DNA of 64,000 bases from positions 20,230 to 84,229 of the forward strand of contig CAZGRP010000004.1 of NCBI GenBank assembly GCA_964527995.1, read 5' to 3'. A model generated the notes under the pieces. That model saw only the letters and a program-made list of their open reading frames with translations, had not been told where the DNA came from and searched no databases. Numbering within the stretch: the stretch's first letter is position 1; each line of letters starts with the position of its first letter. Below, one piece after another: positions 9,133 to 19,916 of this stretch. This DNA comes from an uncultured Cytophagia bacterium (GTDB lineage: Bacteria; Zhuqueibacterota; Zhuqueibacteria; Oceanimicrobiales; CAZGRP01). A program made the translations under genes and the position numbers.

Positions 9133-9696
9133 ATGAAGGAAGAACTGGAGGATTCGGCGGTGGAATTATTTGAGTTTGACGACGAGTTTCAAGAGTGGCA
9201 AGAGGAGATCGACGAGGCCGAGCAGAAGCTGTCGAAGGAGGCACTCCTCGAGCCAGTCACGGCGCTGCCTTTGAGGGATCCGACCACTCTGCCCGCCGGT
9301 GCCAGCGTCATCGAGGCCGTGGATCTGCTGGTGCGAGAGAGCGTCGGCGCGGTGCTGGTAGTGCGTGAGGGCCATCTGGAGGGTATCTTTTCAGAGCGCG
9401 ACCTTCTGCGCCTCCTGTCCGAGCCGGACGCGGATCTTTCCGCGACCAGGGTCGATCAGGTGATGACCCGCGAGCCACAGTCTTTGCGAGCAGACAATTC
9501 GATTGCCGACGCCTTGTCGTTGATGCATCGCGGCGGCTATCGCCACGTTCCGATTGTAGATGAGGAGCGCAGGCCTGTGGGGATTGTTTCGGTGCGCGAT
9601 ATCGTCGGCTACATTGTCGACTATTTCCCGCAGGAGGTGCTCAACCTGCCGCCTCACCCGCTGCATCGCGGAGCCAGGGAACGTGAGGGGGCATGA
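9133..9696 (+). CDS. CBS-domain pair protein with acidic N-terminal extension
   Basis: CBS repeats (VVREGHLEGIFSERDLL; HVPIVDEERRPVGIVSVRDIV). The ORF extends to TTG 9064. Confidence 0.6.
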   Translation: MKEELEDSAVELFEFDDEFQEWQEEIDEAEQKLSKEALLEPVTALPLRDPTTLPAGASVIEAVDLLVRESVGAVLVVREGHLEGIFSERDLLRLLSEPDADLSATRVDQVMTREPQSLRADNSIADALSLMHRGGYRHVPIVDEERRPVGIVSVRDIVGYIVDYFPQEVLNLPPHPLHRGAREREGA

Positions 9697-9738
9697 TTTT
9701 GGAATTCAACTATACTGTATGACCTGTCATTTTCGGAG

Positions 9739-11589
9739 ATGCACGCTGTCATGTCTAAGACGAAAGAAGTAGTTCCAGAGGTGACGATCCGGCTGGCCGG
9801 GGATTCCGGCGACGGGATGCAGTTGGCCGGCAATGAGCTGGCAACCACCTCAGCGATGGTGGGCAACGACATCGGCACCTACCCCGACTTTCCGGCCGAG
9901 ATCCGTGCTCCGGCCGGCACGTTACCGGGCGTCAGCGGATTCCAGCTGCACTTCAGCAGCTATGACATCCATACCCCAGGCGACGAGTACGACGTGCTGG
10001 TGGCCATGAATCCAGCGGCGCTGAAGACCAATCTGAAGGGCCTGAAGCCGAACGGAATCCTCATCGTCAACACCGACGCCTTCAGCGAGCGCAACCTTCA
10101 GTTGGCCCACTACGACAACAACCCGCTTGAGGACGGTTCGCTGGACAAGTACCAGCTTTTTCCGGTCGACGTCACCACGTTGACCCGCAAGGCGCTGGAG
10201 GAGTTGGAGCTGTCGCAGAAGGTGGTCGACCGGTGCAAGAATTTCTTCGCACTGGGAATGATCTTCTGGCTGTTCAACCGGCCGATGGATCATGCCATCA
10301 ACTTGATCAAAGAGAAGTTCGCCAAGAAGCCGGAACTGATTGAGGCCAATACTCGCGCTCTGAAAGCGGGCTACACGTACTGCGAGGCAACCGAGCTGTT
10401 TGCTACCTCCTATGAAGTCCGGCCTGCGAAGCTGGCGCCGGGCAAGTATCGCAACGTCAGCGGCAATACCGGATTGGCGCTTGGTTTGGTCGCGGCGGCC
10501 CAGAAGGCGGGTTTGCCGCTCTTTCTTGGCAGCTACCCGATCACTCCTGCCAGCGATATCCTGCACGAGCTTTCTCGCTACAAGAACTTCGGCGTCATCA
10601 CTTTCCAGGCTGAAGACGAGATTGCGGCCGTCACTGCCGCGATTGGTGCTTCCTACACCGGCGGCATCGGGGTCACTTCGACCAGTGGCCCTGGCATGGC
10701 CTTGAAAACAGAAGCGATCGGTCTGGCGGTGAGTGCAGAGCTGCCGCTGGTGGTAATCGACGTGCAGCGGGCCGGGCCCAGCACCGGCATGCCGACGAAG
10801 ACCGAGCAGGCCGATCTCCTGTTTGCGGTGTACGGCCGCAACAGCGAAGCACCGGTCGCCGTGCTGGCGGCGTCACGGCCGTCCGATTGTTTCGACGCCG
10901 CCTTCGAAGCGGTTCGCATGGCCATCAAGTATATGACGCCTGTGATCCTGCTGTCGGACGGCTATCTGGCGAATGGTGCCGAGCCGTGGCACATCCCGGA
11001 CGTCGATCGGTTGCCGGAGATCCCGGTGCATTTCGCCAAGGACCCGGAGAGTTTCGCCCCCTATCTTCGGGACGAGCACACTCTGGCGCGACCGTGGGCC
11101 GTTCCAGGTACACCCGGCCTGGAGCACCGCATCGGTGGCCTGGAGAAGGAGGCCGTGGCCGGGAACGTCAGCTACGATCCCCGGAACCACGAGTACATGG
11201 TGCGGATACGTGAGGAAAAGATCGAGCGTATCGCTGAGGAGCTGCCGCCCACTGAAGTGGATGGCCCTGAGAAAGGAGACCTTCTCGTCTTGGGATGGGG
11301 AAGCACGTACGGTCCGATTCGCACCGCCGTGGAACGCAAGCAACGGGAAGGCAAATCCGTTGCGCGCGCCCACCTGCGCTGGCTCAATCCACTGCCAAAG
11401 GATCTTGAGAGCGTGCTGCGACGCTACAAGCACGTGCTGATTCCCGAGAACAACCGGGGTCACTTGACCACACTCCTGCGCGCCAAGTTCCTGATGCCCG
11501 TTATCAGCCAGAGCAAGGTTCAGGGACAACCGTTTGCTGCTTCGGAGATTGAAGATAAGATCGATGAAATACTCGGAGGTGCATCATGA
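9739..11589 (+). CDS. korA: 2-oxoacid:ferredoxin oxidoreductase alpha subunit (KorA/OorA type)
   Basis: N-terminal IRLAGDSGDGMQLAGNELATTSAM and GTYPDFPAEIRAP are characteristic. ~615 aa. Alternative ATG at 9751. Confidence 0.8.
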   Translation: MHAVMSKTKEVVPEVTIRLAGDSGDGMQLAGNELATTSAMVGNDIGTYPDFPAEIRAPAGTLPGVSGFQLHFSSYDIHTPGDEYDVLVAMNPAALKTNLKGLKPNGILIVNTDAFSERNLQLAHYDNNPLEDGSLDKYQLFPVDVTTLTRKALEELELSQKVVDRCKNFFALGMIFWLFNRPMDHAINLIKEKFAKKPELIEANTRALKAGYTYCEATELFATSYEVRPAKLAPGKYRNVSGNTGLALGLVAAAQKAGLPLFLGSYPITPASDILHELSRYKNFGVITFQAEDEIAAVTAAIGASYTGGIGVTSTSGPGMALKTEAIGLAVSAELPLVVIDVQRAGPSTGMPTKTEQADLLFAVYGRNSEAPVAVLAASRPSDCFDAAFEAVRMAIKYMTPVILLSDGYLANGAEPWHIPDVDRLPEIPVHFAKDPESFAPYLRDEHTLARPWAVPGTPGLEHRIGGLEKEAVAGNVSYDPRNHEYMVRIREEKIERIAEELPPTEVDGPEKGDLLVLGWGSTYGPIRTAVERKQREGKSVARAHLRWLNPLPKDLESVLRRYKHVLIPENNRGHLTTLLRAKFLMPVISQSKVQGQPFAASEIEDKIDEILGGAS

Positions 11590-12638
11590 GTACGGCCTTG
11601 GAGACGAGCTCGCCGAATGGCCCGGCGACCCTCGGTCTCACCAAGAAAGATTTCGAATCGGACCAGGAGGTTCGCTGGTGTCCGGGCTGCGGCGACTATT
11701 CGATTCTGGCCCAGGTGCAGCGCACGCTACCGGAGCTGGGCATCCCGAAGGAGAGGTATGTGTTCGTCTCCGGCATCGGCTGCTCCAGCCGCTTCCCCTA
11801 CTATATGAACACGTACGGCTTTCATACCATCCATGGCCGGGCGCCCGGAATCGCCTCGGGCATCAAGCTGGTCAATCCGGAGCTGTCGGTATGGGTGGTC
11901 ACCGGCGATGGCGACGGCCTCAGCATCGGTGGGAATCACTTTATCCATCTGATGCGACGCAACCTGGACATCAACGTCATCCTTTTCAACAACCGCATCT
12001 ACGGGTTGACCAAGGGGCAGTACTCACCGACGTCGGAACTGGGCAAGATCACCAAGTCGTCTCCCTTTGGAACGCTGGACTATCCCTTCAATCCGATCAG
12101 CGTGGCCATTGGAGCGGGGGCGACTTTCGTGGCTCGCACCATGGATCGCGACCCGAAACACATGCAGCGGGTGTTGAGGCGGGCAGCCGAGCACAAAGGT
12201 ACCTCTTTCGTTGAGGTCTTCCAGAATTGCAACATTTTCAACGACGGTGCCTACTTCAAGTACACGGAGAAGGACACCCGGCCGGAGACGACGGTCTACC
12301 TGGAGCATGGCAAACCCCTCATCTTTGGCGCCAAGCGTGACAAAGGCATCCTCCTGCGTGGGTTCAAACCGGAGGTCGTGTCCCTGGCCGACGGCAAGCA
12401 TAGCGTCGAGGATCTTCTGGTTCACGATGAAGCGCAGGAGGAACCGACGCTGGCCTTCATCCTCAGTCACATGATCGAAGATCCCACTCTGCCCGTGCCC
12501 CTGGGTGTCTTTCGTGCGGTGGAGCGCATGGTATACGAGGAGGGCGCTTACGAGCAGATCGCCGTGGCCAAAGAGCGCATGGGTGAGCCGGATTTGCAGA
12601 AGCTCCTGGAGTCGGGGGACACCTGGGAGGTGAAGTAG
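11586..12638 (+). CDS. korB: 2-oxoacid:ferredoxin oxidoreductase beta subunit (TPP-binding)
   Basis: WCPGCGDYSIL, GIGCSSR and GDGDGLSIGGNHF TPP motifs. Overlaps korA by 4 nt. Confidence 0.8.
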   Translation: MSTALETSSPNGPATLGLTKKDFESDQEVRWCPGCGDYSILAQVQRTLPELGIPKERYVFVSGIGCSSRFPYYMNTYGFHTIHGRAPGIASGIKLVNPELSVWVVTGDGDGLSIGGNHFIHLMRRNLDINVILFNNRIYGLTKGQYSPTSELGKITKSSPFGTLDYPFNPISVAIGAGATFVARTMDRDPKHMQRVLRRAAEHKGTSFVEVFQNCNIFNDGAYFKYTEKDTRPETTVYLEHGKPLIFGAKRDKGILLRGFKPEVVSLADGKHSVEDLLVHDEAQEEPTLAFILSHMIEDPTLPVPLGVFRAVERMVYEEGAYEQIAVAKERMGEPDLQKLLESGDTWEVK

Positions 12639-12670
12639 AGAACGGAATGATCGAATTCGTTGTTGGATCG

Positions 12671-12699
12671 GCGCCCGCTTTGGCGGGCGCTTTTTTTTG
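12671..12699 (+). terminator. Rho-independent terminator after korB
   Basis: ggcgcccgc-tttg-gcgggcgc stem followed by an 8-T run. Confidence 0.75.
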
Positions 12700-12789
12700 C
12701 CCGGAGGTGGCGGCATGGCTCGACCGGCCCGGGGGAGGGGCACGGGCCGGCGATTGACATTCGGTTAAATTTTTGTTACTATCAAATGG

Positions 12790-13890
12790 ATGGAGAGGCA
12801 TGCGATCATCATTGTCGGCTCGGGCCCGGCCGGAGTGAGCACGGCGGCAGCTCTTTACCATCGAGCTCCGCTGCTCGCCGAAGACCTGCTGGTGCTGGAA
12901 AAAGCGTATCACCCGCGCGACAAGCTGTGTGGCGGCGGACTGAGCGGATGGGCGGATACGCTGCTGGCAGAGCTCCGCCTGCAGCCCCAGGTTCCTTCTG
13001 TGCGGATCGAGCAGGTCCGTTTCTATTTGGAAGATGAGCCGATCACGTTCACCCGCAAGAACATGCTGCGTATCGTTCGCCGCAGCGAATTCGACGCTGC
13101 TCTGGTTGCCGGTCTGCGGGAATACGGCGTCGAGGTGCGCGAGGGCGAGCAGGTGGTCGATGTCCACCGTGACGGCAATGCCATCGTCCTGGAAACCCAC
13201 CATCGCACCTACGTGGCGACGGTTGTGGTCGGTGCCGATGGCGCAAAGAGTGTCGTGCGGCGAAAGCTGATTCGCGACTCGCCTTCGCGGGTGAGCCGCC
13301 TGATGGAAGTGCTCGTGCCGGTGGACCCTGATCGCACCCCCGAATTCCGGGAGAAGATGGCTGTGTTCGATTTCCGCCCGAACCGTTGCGGGTTGCAGGG
13401 CTACCTGTGGGATTTCCCGAGCCTGGTAAACGGCAAGCCGCACCTGAACATCGGAGCTTTCGACAGCCGGGTGATCGAAGGGCAAAGGGCGGATATGAAG
13501 GCACTTCTGAGCGACAGGCTGGAGGCACGCGGTCTGGCCAGCGAAGAAGTTCGCTTCGAGGGGCATCCGGAGCGCTGGTTCGATCCACGCGGCGTCTACT
13601 CGGCGGCCAACGTCATTCTGGTGGGCGACGCTGCCGGCATCGAACCGTGGCTGGGTGAGGGGATTTCGATGTCGCTTGCCTACGGTCCGGTTGCGGCCGA
13701 GGCCATCGTGGCCGCCTTCGAGAAGGATGACTTTTCCTTTTCCCACTATCGATCGTACATTCTGCGAAGCTCGCTCGGCCGCGTGCTGCGACGGAATCAG
13801 CGTATTGCCAGATATTTCTACCAGCCCAAGTTGCGTCCTCTGCTTCCGGCTTTTGGAAGAATGCTGAAGTGGGTGTATGAGCACGGATGA
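12790..13890 (+). CDS. FAD-dependent oxidoreductase (geranylgeranyl-reductase-like family)
   Basis: N-terminal IIIVGSGPAGVSTAAAL Rossmann dinucleotide-binding fingerprint. Internal GDAAG motif. Confidence 0.65.
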   Translation: MERHAIIIVGSGPAGVSTAAALYHRAPLLAEDLLVLEKAYHPRDKLCGGGLSGWADTLLAELRLQPQVPSVRIEQVRFYLEDEPITFTRKNMLRIVRRSEFDAALVAGLREYGVEVREGEQVVDVHRDGNAIVLETHHRTYVATVVVGADGAKSVVRRKLIRDSPSRVSRLMEVLVPVDPDRTPEFREKMAVFDFRPNRCGLQGYLWDFPSLVNGKPHLNIGAFDSRVIEGQRADMKALLSDRLEARGLASEEVRFEGHPERWFDPRGVYSAANVILVGDAAGIEPWLGEGISMSLAYGPVAAEAIVAAFEKDDFSFSHYRSYILRSSLGRVLRRNQRIARYFYQPKLRPLLPAFGRMLKWVYEHG

Positions 13891-15500
13891 GTAGCAGATC
13901 TTGTGACATCTTGATCATCGGCGGCGGCATCAACGGCGCCGGCATCGCCCGTGAAGCAGCGGCGCGCGGGCTGTCGGTCATCCTGCTGGAGAAGAGGGAC
14001 TTCGCCTTCGGCACCACCTTCCGGTCGACCAAGCTCATCCACGGCGGACTGCGCTACCTGGAGCAGTACGAGATCGGCCTGGTGCGTGAGTCCCTGCGCG
14101 AGCGTGAAATCCTCCTGAAGCATGCCCCTCATCTGGTGCGGCCGCTGCGCTTCCTGCTGCCGCTCTACAAGGGCGGAAAGTATGGGTTCACCAAGGTCAA
14201 ACTGGGCCTGTTCGCGTACGATCTTCTTTCCTACGACAAAAGCCTGGAGAATCACCGGGCGTTGACCGACGACGAGTTGCTGGCGCTGGAGCCGTCGCTG
14301 AAGCCCGAGAGCCTGGTCGGCGGCTTTCTCTACACCGACTGCCAGTGCCTCTACCCGGAACGCCTGTGCATCGAGACCATCCTGTTGGCGGTCGCGCACG
14401 GCGCCAAGGTGCATCCCTATACCGAGGTCGTTGACGTCATTCGGTCGAGCGAGCGCATCTACGGCGTGGTTGCGCGCGATCAGTCGACCGGCAAGAAACA
14501 CGAATACTACGCCACGATGATCGTCAATGCGGCCGGTCCCTGGGTCGATGAGGTGTGCCGGCTGGTACGTGCCGATATGCCCCGCAAGATCGGCGGCACC
14601 AAGGGCAGCCACATTCTGCTGCCTGGGTTTCCCGGCGCTCCCCGACACGCTGTCTATGTCAGCGCATACCAGGACGGACGGCCCTTTTTCATCATTCCAT
14701 GGCGTGAATACTACTGGGTCGGCACCACCGACATACCGTATGATGGCGATTTGGACCGGGTGCGGGCTTCTACCGAAGAAATCCGCTACCTGCTTGCCGA
14801 GGTCAACCACCTGATTCCGGAGGCCGGGGTCACCGAAGCGGAGGTGCGTTACGCCCTGGCCGGGGTCAGGCCGTTGCCCAATTTGCCTGCGAGCGAGCCG
14901 GGCGAAATCACCCGCAAGCACATGATCCACGACCACGAGGAGCGCGACGGCATCAAGGGAATGGTGTCCATCATCGGCGGCAAGCTGACCACTTATCGCA
15001 GCCTGGCTGAGCAGGTGGTCGACTGGATCGGCGAGCGGATGGAGTGCAGGCTTGCGGCTTCGAAGAGCGCACATGAGCCGCTCTGGGGCGGGGGTGTCGG
15101 CGACTTCGAATCGTACCGGGATGCGGAGGTACGATGGGCCTGCGGCGAGTACCGTATTCCCGTGGACGCGGCGGAAAACCTGCTCGACCTTTACGGCACG
15201 CGCCATCGCGATGTGCTGGCGCTGACGGACGCCGACCCGTGGTTGCGGCAGCCGCTGTGCAAACATCACCCCGACCTCCGGGCACAGGTGGTTTACGCCG
15301 TGCGACGGGAATTCGCACGTCATCTCGCCGACGTCTATTTGCGCCGAACCGGTATCGGCACCTCGGACTGCCGCGGCCTGGACTGCACCGAGGAAGGTGC
15401 CGCCGTGTTGGGGCGCGAGCTGGGGTGGAGCAAGGAGCGCATCGCAGAAGAAATCGACAACTATCGGCAGGAGGTGGACCTGTTGTTTAGCTGGGAGTAG
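13887..15500 (+). CDS. glpD: FAD-dependent glycerol-3-phosphate dehydrogenase (GlpD/GlpA-like)
   Basis: DILIIGGGINGAGIAREAAARG, then LLEK.DFA.GTS.RSTKLIHGGLRYLE, diagnostic of GlpD. Overlaps the upstream gene by 4 nt. Confidence 0.75.
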   Translation: MSSRSCDILIIGGGINGAGIAREAAARGLSVILLEKRDFAFGTTFRSTKLIHGGLRYLEQYEIGLVRESLREREILLKHAPHLVRPLRFLLPLYKGGKYGFTKVKLGLFAYDLLSYDKSLENHRALTDDELLALEPSLKPESLVGGFLYTDCQCLYPERLCIETILLAVAHGAKVHPYTEVVDVIRSSERIYGVVARDQSTGKKHEYYATMIVNAAGPWVDEVCRLVRADMPRKIGGTKGSHILLPGFPGAPRHAVYVSAYQDGRPFFIIPWREYYWVGTTDIPYDGDLDRVRASTEEIRYLLAEVNHLIPEAGVTEAEVRYALAGVRPLPNLPASEPGEITRKHMIHDHEERDGIKGMVSIIGGKLTTYRSLAEQVVDWIGERMECRLAASKSAHEPLWGGGVGDFESYRDAEVRWACGEYRIPVDAAENLLDLYGTRHRDVLALTDADPWLRQPLCKHHPDLRAQVVYAVRREFARHLADVYLRRTGIGTSDCRGLDCTEEGAAVLGRELGWSKERIAEEIDNYRQEVDLLFSWE

Positions 15501-15668
15501 GGTGCATCGATGGAGGATTGGAAATCTGGAGTCCTGGAGTTCTTCCCTGTTGTTTGTTTCATGCCCGTCTTCACTCCATGTCTCCAACTCTCCAACCCTC
15601 CAGCACTCCAACACCCCAGGATAATCCGAATCGCTCCACGATTCTGCTGAACACCACATCGCACCAGA

Positions 15669-17015
15669 ATGCAAACGATGAACTACCGTGCCACCTACCG
15701 CTGCTTCGCTGGATGCCACGGCGAGTACGATCTCACCGAAATCATCTATCGTTGTCCGCAATGCGGCGGGCTGCTGGAGGTCCATCACGACCTTGAGCGC
15801 CTGCGGCAGCGCCCGGCCGATGCCTGGAAGGAGCTCTTCGACGCCCGCTGGATGCGCACGCAGTGGCCCTATGGCAGTTCGGTATGGGGTAAGAAGGAGA
15901 TTGTCTGTCCGCGCGTCCACAATGACCACATCGTTTCCACCTTTGAAGGCGGCAGCAACCTGTTCCGGGCCGACCGCCTCGGCAGGGAGATCGGGGTCCC
16001 GGATCTGTGGATCAAACAGTGCGGCAACAGCCACACCGGCTCCTTCAAAGACCTGGGGATGACGGTGCTGGTATCGATGGTGCGGCAGATCATCGCCGAG
16101 GGGGCGCCGGTGCGGGCTGTGGCCTGCGCTTCGACGGGCGATACCTCTGCCTCGCTCGCCGCTTACTGCGCCGCCGCAGGTCTGCAGGCCGTGGTGATCC
16201 TGCCGCGGAACAAGGTGTCCCTGGCCCAACTGATCCAGCCGATCGCCAACGGTGCCCTGACGCTGGCCCTGGATACTGATTTCGACGGCTGCATGCGCAT
16301 CGTCCAGCAGTTGACTCAGTCGAAGGAGATCTATCTGGCCAACTCGATGAATTCGCTGCGCATCGAGGGGCAAAAGACCGTGAGCATCGAGATCGTGCAG
16401 CAGTTCGATTGGGAAGTGCCCGACTGGGTGATCGTGCCCGGCGGCAACCTGGGGAACACGGCGGCGCTCGGCAGGGGCTTTCTCATGATGCGTGATCTCG
16501 GCCTGATCGACCGCCTGCCGCGACTGGTGTGCGCCCAGGCGGAACGGGCCAATCCGCTCTACGAGAGCTTTGTGCGCGGGTTCACGGAGTTCCGGCCGAA
16601 GAAAGCCGGACCTACGCTGGCAAGTGCCATTCAGATCGGCGACCCTGTGAGCGCGAACAAGGCTATCCGCGTCCTGAAAGAGCTCGACGGTCTGGTGGAG
16701 CAGGCCAGCGAAGACGAGCTGGCCAATGCCGCGGCTCGCGCCGACCGTGTGGGGCTGTTCACCTGCCCGCACACCGGCGTGGCGTTGGCTGCTTTGTTCA
16801 AGCTCGTCGAACGGGGCGAAATCAAGTCCCGAGACCGCGTTGTGGTGATCTCGACTGCAAACGGGCTGAAGTTCACCGACTTCAAGATTCGCTACCACGA
16901 AGGGCGGCTGCCGGATGTCCAGCCGCACTACGCCAATCGGCCTGTAGAATTGCCGGCGGACTACGACGCCGTGGCAGCGACCATCTGGGAGTGGACAGGA
17001 GCGGAGGCGACCTGA
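15669..17015 (+). CDS. thrC: Threonine synthase
   Basis: YRCPQCGG zinc-ribbon-like N-terminus, SFKDLGM PLP-lysine motif, STGDTSAS. Confidence 0.8.
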   Translation: MQTMNYRATYRCFAGCHGEYDLTEIIYRCPQCGGLLEVHHDLERLRQRPADAWKELFDARWMRTQWPYGSSVWGKKEIVCPRVHNDHIVSTFEGGSNLFRADRLGREIGVPDLWIKQCGNSHTGSFKDLGMTVLVSMVRQIIAEGAPVRAVACASTGDTSASLAAYCAAAGLQAVVILPRNKVSLAQLIQPIANGALTLALDTDFDGCMRIVQQLTQSKEIYLANSMNSLRIEGQKTVSIEIVQQFDWEVPDWVIVPGGNLGNTAALGRGFLMMRDLGLIDRLPRLVCAQAERANPLYESFVRGFTEFRPKKAGPTLASAIQIGDPVSANKAIRVLKELDGLVEQASEDELANAAARADRVGLFTCPHTGVALAALFKLVERGEIKSRDRVVVISTANGLKFTDFKIRYHEGRLPDVQPHYANRPVELPADYDAVAATIWEWTGAEAT

Positions 17016-17223
17016 CGCAGGTATCAGGTTGCAGGTATCCGATTCCGAGCTCTGCTAGCTGATGTCGAAGTTGAGTGGGTCGAGGTTTGCAATGGCAACA
17101 CCGACTGCAAAGACACAGCCGGCGTTCAGCCTGCACCTCGCCAAGGAGGAAACTCTAAACCGTTCGGCACACACGGGGGTTGCCGACTCGACAACATGCT
17201 TGGGCAGCACGCGACTCCGGTGA

Positions 17224-19827
17224 ATGCCTGCACAACCGGAGGGAGCGATGTGCCATTTCAAAGGTATCCGTTCCACCTGGCGGCGCCTTGCCGCCGGTGT
17301 TGTGGCTGCACTTCTTTTCACCAGTCCTTCCCCTCTGCTGTTCGCGCAAATCACCTTCACCGAAGTGATGTTCGACCCCGCTGGACCGGAGTCGTCGGAC
17401 GAGTTTGTCGAGATCCTCAACCTGAGCGGCACCGACAGCGTCGATCTCAGCGGCTGGTGGTTCAGCGACGGCCGTGCCGTCGATTCCCTGCACGATGCCG
17501 GCAACGGCCTGGTCCTGGCCCCGGGGCAATATGCGCTGATCCTGGATCCAAGCTATTTCGGCAAGTCGACGTCCTACGACGCACTGATTCCCCAGGGTGC
17601 GCTGGTGTTGACCCTGGACAACGCCACTTTTGGCAGCGGCGGCCTCAGCAACAGCGTGGCGCGCACCCTGGTGCTCGGCGACGCCGCCGGCGATACGGCC
17701 TCGGTCTATACCTACTCCCTGGGCAACGCGCCCGGTCACTCGGACGAGAAGATCGATCCCACCGGCGCCAATACACCCGAAAACTGGGCGGATAGTCGCG
17801 TGTTCAACGGTACGCCCGGCGGTCCGAACAGTGTTACCCCTCCGGAGGTCGATCTGGCGCTGGGTCCGGCCGCCCCACGGTGGCAACCCGAACGGCCGCG
17901 CCAGGGCGACATCGTGGAGATCGAGATGGAGGTGAGCAACTTTGGACTTCGACCGGTGCCAGGCTATCGCCTGAGCCTCTACGACGACGCCGATCGCGAC
18001 TCGGTGGTTTCCGACGCCGAGCTGGTTCGGTCGGTGGAGGCCGGACCGCTGTCGCCGGGAGCCACGCAGCGTCTGTTTCTCGAATGGGATCGGCCTGACG
18101 CAGGAGGTCACTCTCTTCTGGCTCGCCTCGAAGCAGACGGCGATCTTCGCGCGGAAAACGACACGCTCTGGTTCCAGTTGATGATCGGCTTCCCGCCGGC
18201 TGCGCTGGTGATCAACGAATTCATGTACCGGCCGTTCAGCGGCGACCCGGAGTGGGTCGAGCTTTTCAATCCAGGCCCAAAGGCGATCGATCTGCGTGGC
18301 TGGCGGCTGAGTGACGCCGACGTCGACCGTCCGATTTCTCTGACCGAAGAGATGCTGACCGTCGCTGCCGGCAGCTACCAGGTGGTTGCCTCGGCCGTCC
18401 CTCTGAGCGCCGCATTCGCCGGCCGCTCCGACAGTGTGCTGGTGCCGTCCGGTCGTTTTCCTACCCTCAACAATACGGAAGATGAAATCGTGCTGTTCGA
18501 TCCACTGGGCTTCACCATCGACAGCGTCGCTTACACTTCCTCCTGGGGAAAGGAGACAGGCCGATCGCTGGAGAAGATCTGGTTCGAACGGAGCGGCACG
18601 GATCCCGGCAACTGGGCAGCAAGTCGTGACTCGCTCGGAGCGACGCCGGCCCGGCTCAACAGCGTCAGCCCGAGGAGCTTCGACGTCGCCGTCCGCGCCA
18701 GCGAAATCCTCTTCTCACCCGAACAGCCGGCCGCAGGCGAGGCCATTCTCCTGACAGTGCCGGTGCGCAACCTGGGACGGCTGGCGGTCGATGGTGTCGA
18801 AGTCATCGTTTTTGACGACCGCGACGGAGACCTGCGGCCTGACCCGCAGGAGGAGCTGGCGCGCCGGTCCCTGACACAGCCGCTCGAAAGCGACGAGTTG
18901 GAGAATGTCGAGTTCGATCTTGGTTCGCTCTCTTCCGGGTGGCACCTGTTGCTGATCGAAGTCCGCCTTCCGGCAGATCAGCGAATTGAAAACAACCTGG
19001 CGAAGGTCGAATTGGCCGTTGGCTATTCTGCCCTGGCGGTGGTGGTCAACGAGGTCATGTTCGATCCCCAAACGGGGCAGAGTGAGTGGGTCGAGCTGTA
19101 CAACCGCAGCCCGGAAGCAGTCGACTTGCGGAACTGGCAACTTGGGGATGCCACGGGGACTGCTCCTCTTCCCCAGCGGTCGCTGCGGCTGCCGGCCGGC
19201 GGCTTTGCCGTTCTGGCCCCCGATTCGTCTGTGCTCGGAAGGTACGGAGGTTTCGAGGGTCTTCTCGTCACGTTCAGAAACTTTCCGGCATTGAACAACA
19301 ACGCCGACAGGGTGGAGATCTGCGACATGCACGGTTTCCGCATCGACGCCATGGCGTACCGCGGTGCCTGGGGTGCGGGTCCGGGGATTTCACTGGAGCG
19401 CCTCCATCCCGATCTCGCCAGCGACGACAGCACCACCTGGTACCCGAGCGTCGCTCCGGCAGGGGCGACTCCTGGCAGGGTGAACAGCATCTTCATCCAG
19501 GTGAAACCTGCGACCACGACGCTGGAGGTTCATCCGAACCCCTTTTCGCCGGATGGCGACGGTGTCGAAGATTTCGTCGTCGTGAGTTTTCGCCTGCCGC
19601 AGCCGACGGCGAGTGTCAATCTGAAAATCTACGATATGCGCGGGCGACTCGTGCGCCAATTGCTCAACAATGCCGCGACGGGGGCCGAACGGCAGGTGGT
19701 ATGGGACGGCCTCAACGGCCGCGGCGAACCACTGCCGACGGGCATTTACATCGTCTACCTCCAGGCCATTCGCCCGCAGAGCGGCTTCTTGCGGGCGGTC
19801 AAGAAAACGGTCGTTCTGGCTCGCTAG
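17224..19827 (+). CDS. Secreted protein with three lamin-tail-domain (LTD) repeats and a T9SS/FlgD-Ig-like C-terminal domain
   Basis: Signal peptide (AALLFTSPSPLLFAQ). Three repeats of the ITEVMFDP...EFVEL-N form (at aa ~45, ~330, ~610). C-terminal LEVHPNPFSPDGDGV...IYIVYL resembles T9SS sorting or FlgD Ig-like domains. Confidence 0.7.
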   Translation: MPAQPEGAMCHFKGIRSTWRRLAAGVVAALLFTSPSPLLFAQITFTEVMFDPAGPESSDEFVEILNLSGTDSVDLSGWWFSDGRAVDSLHDAGNGLVLAPGQYALILDPSYFGKSTSYDALIPQGALVLTLDNATFGSGGLSNSVARTLVLGDAAGDTASVYTYSLGNAPGHSDEKIDPTGANTPENWADSRVFNGTPGGPNSVTPPEVDLALGPAAPRWQPERPRQGDIVEIEMEVSNFGLRPVPGYRLSLYDDADRDSVVSDAELVRSVEAGPLSPGATQRLFLEWDRPDAGGHSLLARLEADGDLRAENDTLWFQLMIGFPPAALVINEFMYRPFSGDPEWVELFNPGPKAIDLRGWRLSDADVDRPISLTEEMLTVAAGSYQVVASAVPLSAAFAGRSDSVLVPSGRFPTLNNTEDEIVLFDPLGFTIDSVAYTSSWGKETGRSLEKIWFERSGTDPGNWAASRDSLGATPARLNSVSPRSFDVAVRASEILFSPEQPAAGEAILLTVPVRNLGRLAVDGVEVIVFDDRDGDLRPDPQEELARRSLTQPLESDELENVEFDLGSLSSGWHLLLIEVRLPADQRIENNLAKVELAVGYSALAVVVNEVMFDPQTGQSEWVELYNRSPEAVDLRNWQLGDATGTAPLPQRSLRLPAGGFAVLAPDSSVLGRYGGFEGLLVTFRNFPALNNNADRVEICDMHGFRIDAMAYRGAWGAGPGISLERLHPDLASDDSTTWYPSVAPAGATPGRVNSIFIQVKPATTTLEVHPNPFSPDGDGVEDFVVVSFRLPQPTASVNLKIYDMRGRLVRQLLNNAATGAERQVVWDGLNGRGEPLPTGIYIVYLQAIRPQSGFLRAVKKTVVLAR

Positions 19828-19916
19828 TGGAGCTGCTGCGCCTGGTGGCGGGGAACTTTTCGTTTGCTTTTTAGAGGGTGAAGGGTTAAATTTAATGTCT
19901 TGATTTCTGGCCGATT

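Noticed and set aside
13818-16928. 1036-aa ORF on the minus strand
   Set aside because: It lies antisense to two strongly supported genes (glpD-like and thrC), whose motifs are unambiguous. Long antisense ORFs are expected at this GC content. No recognisable protein motifs.
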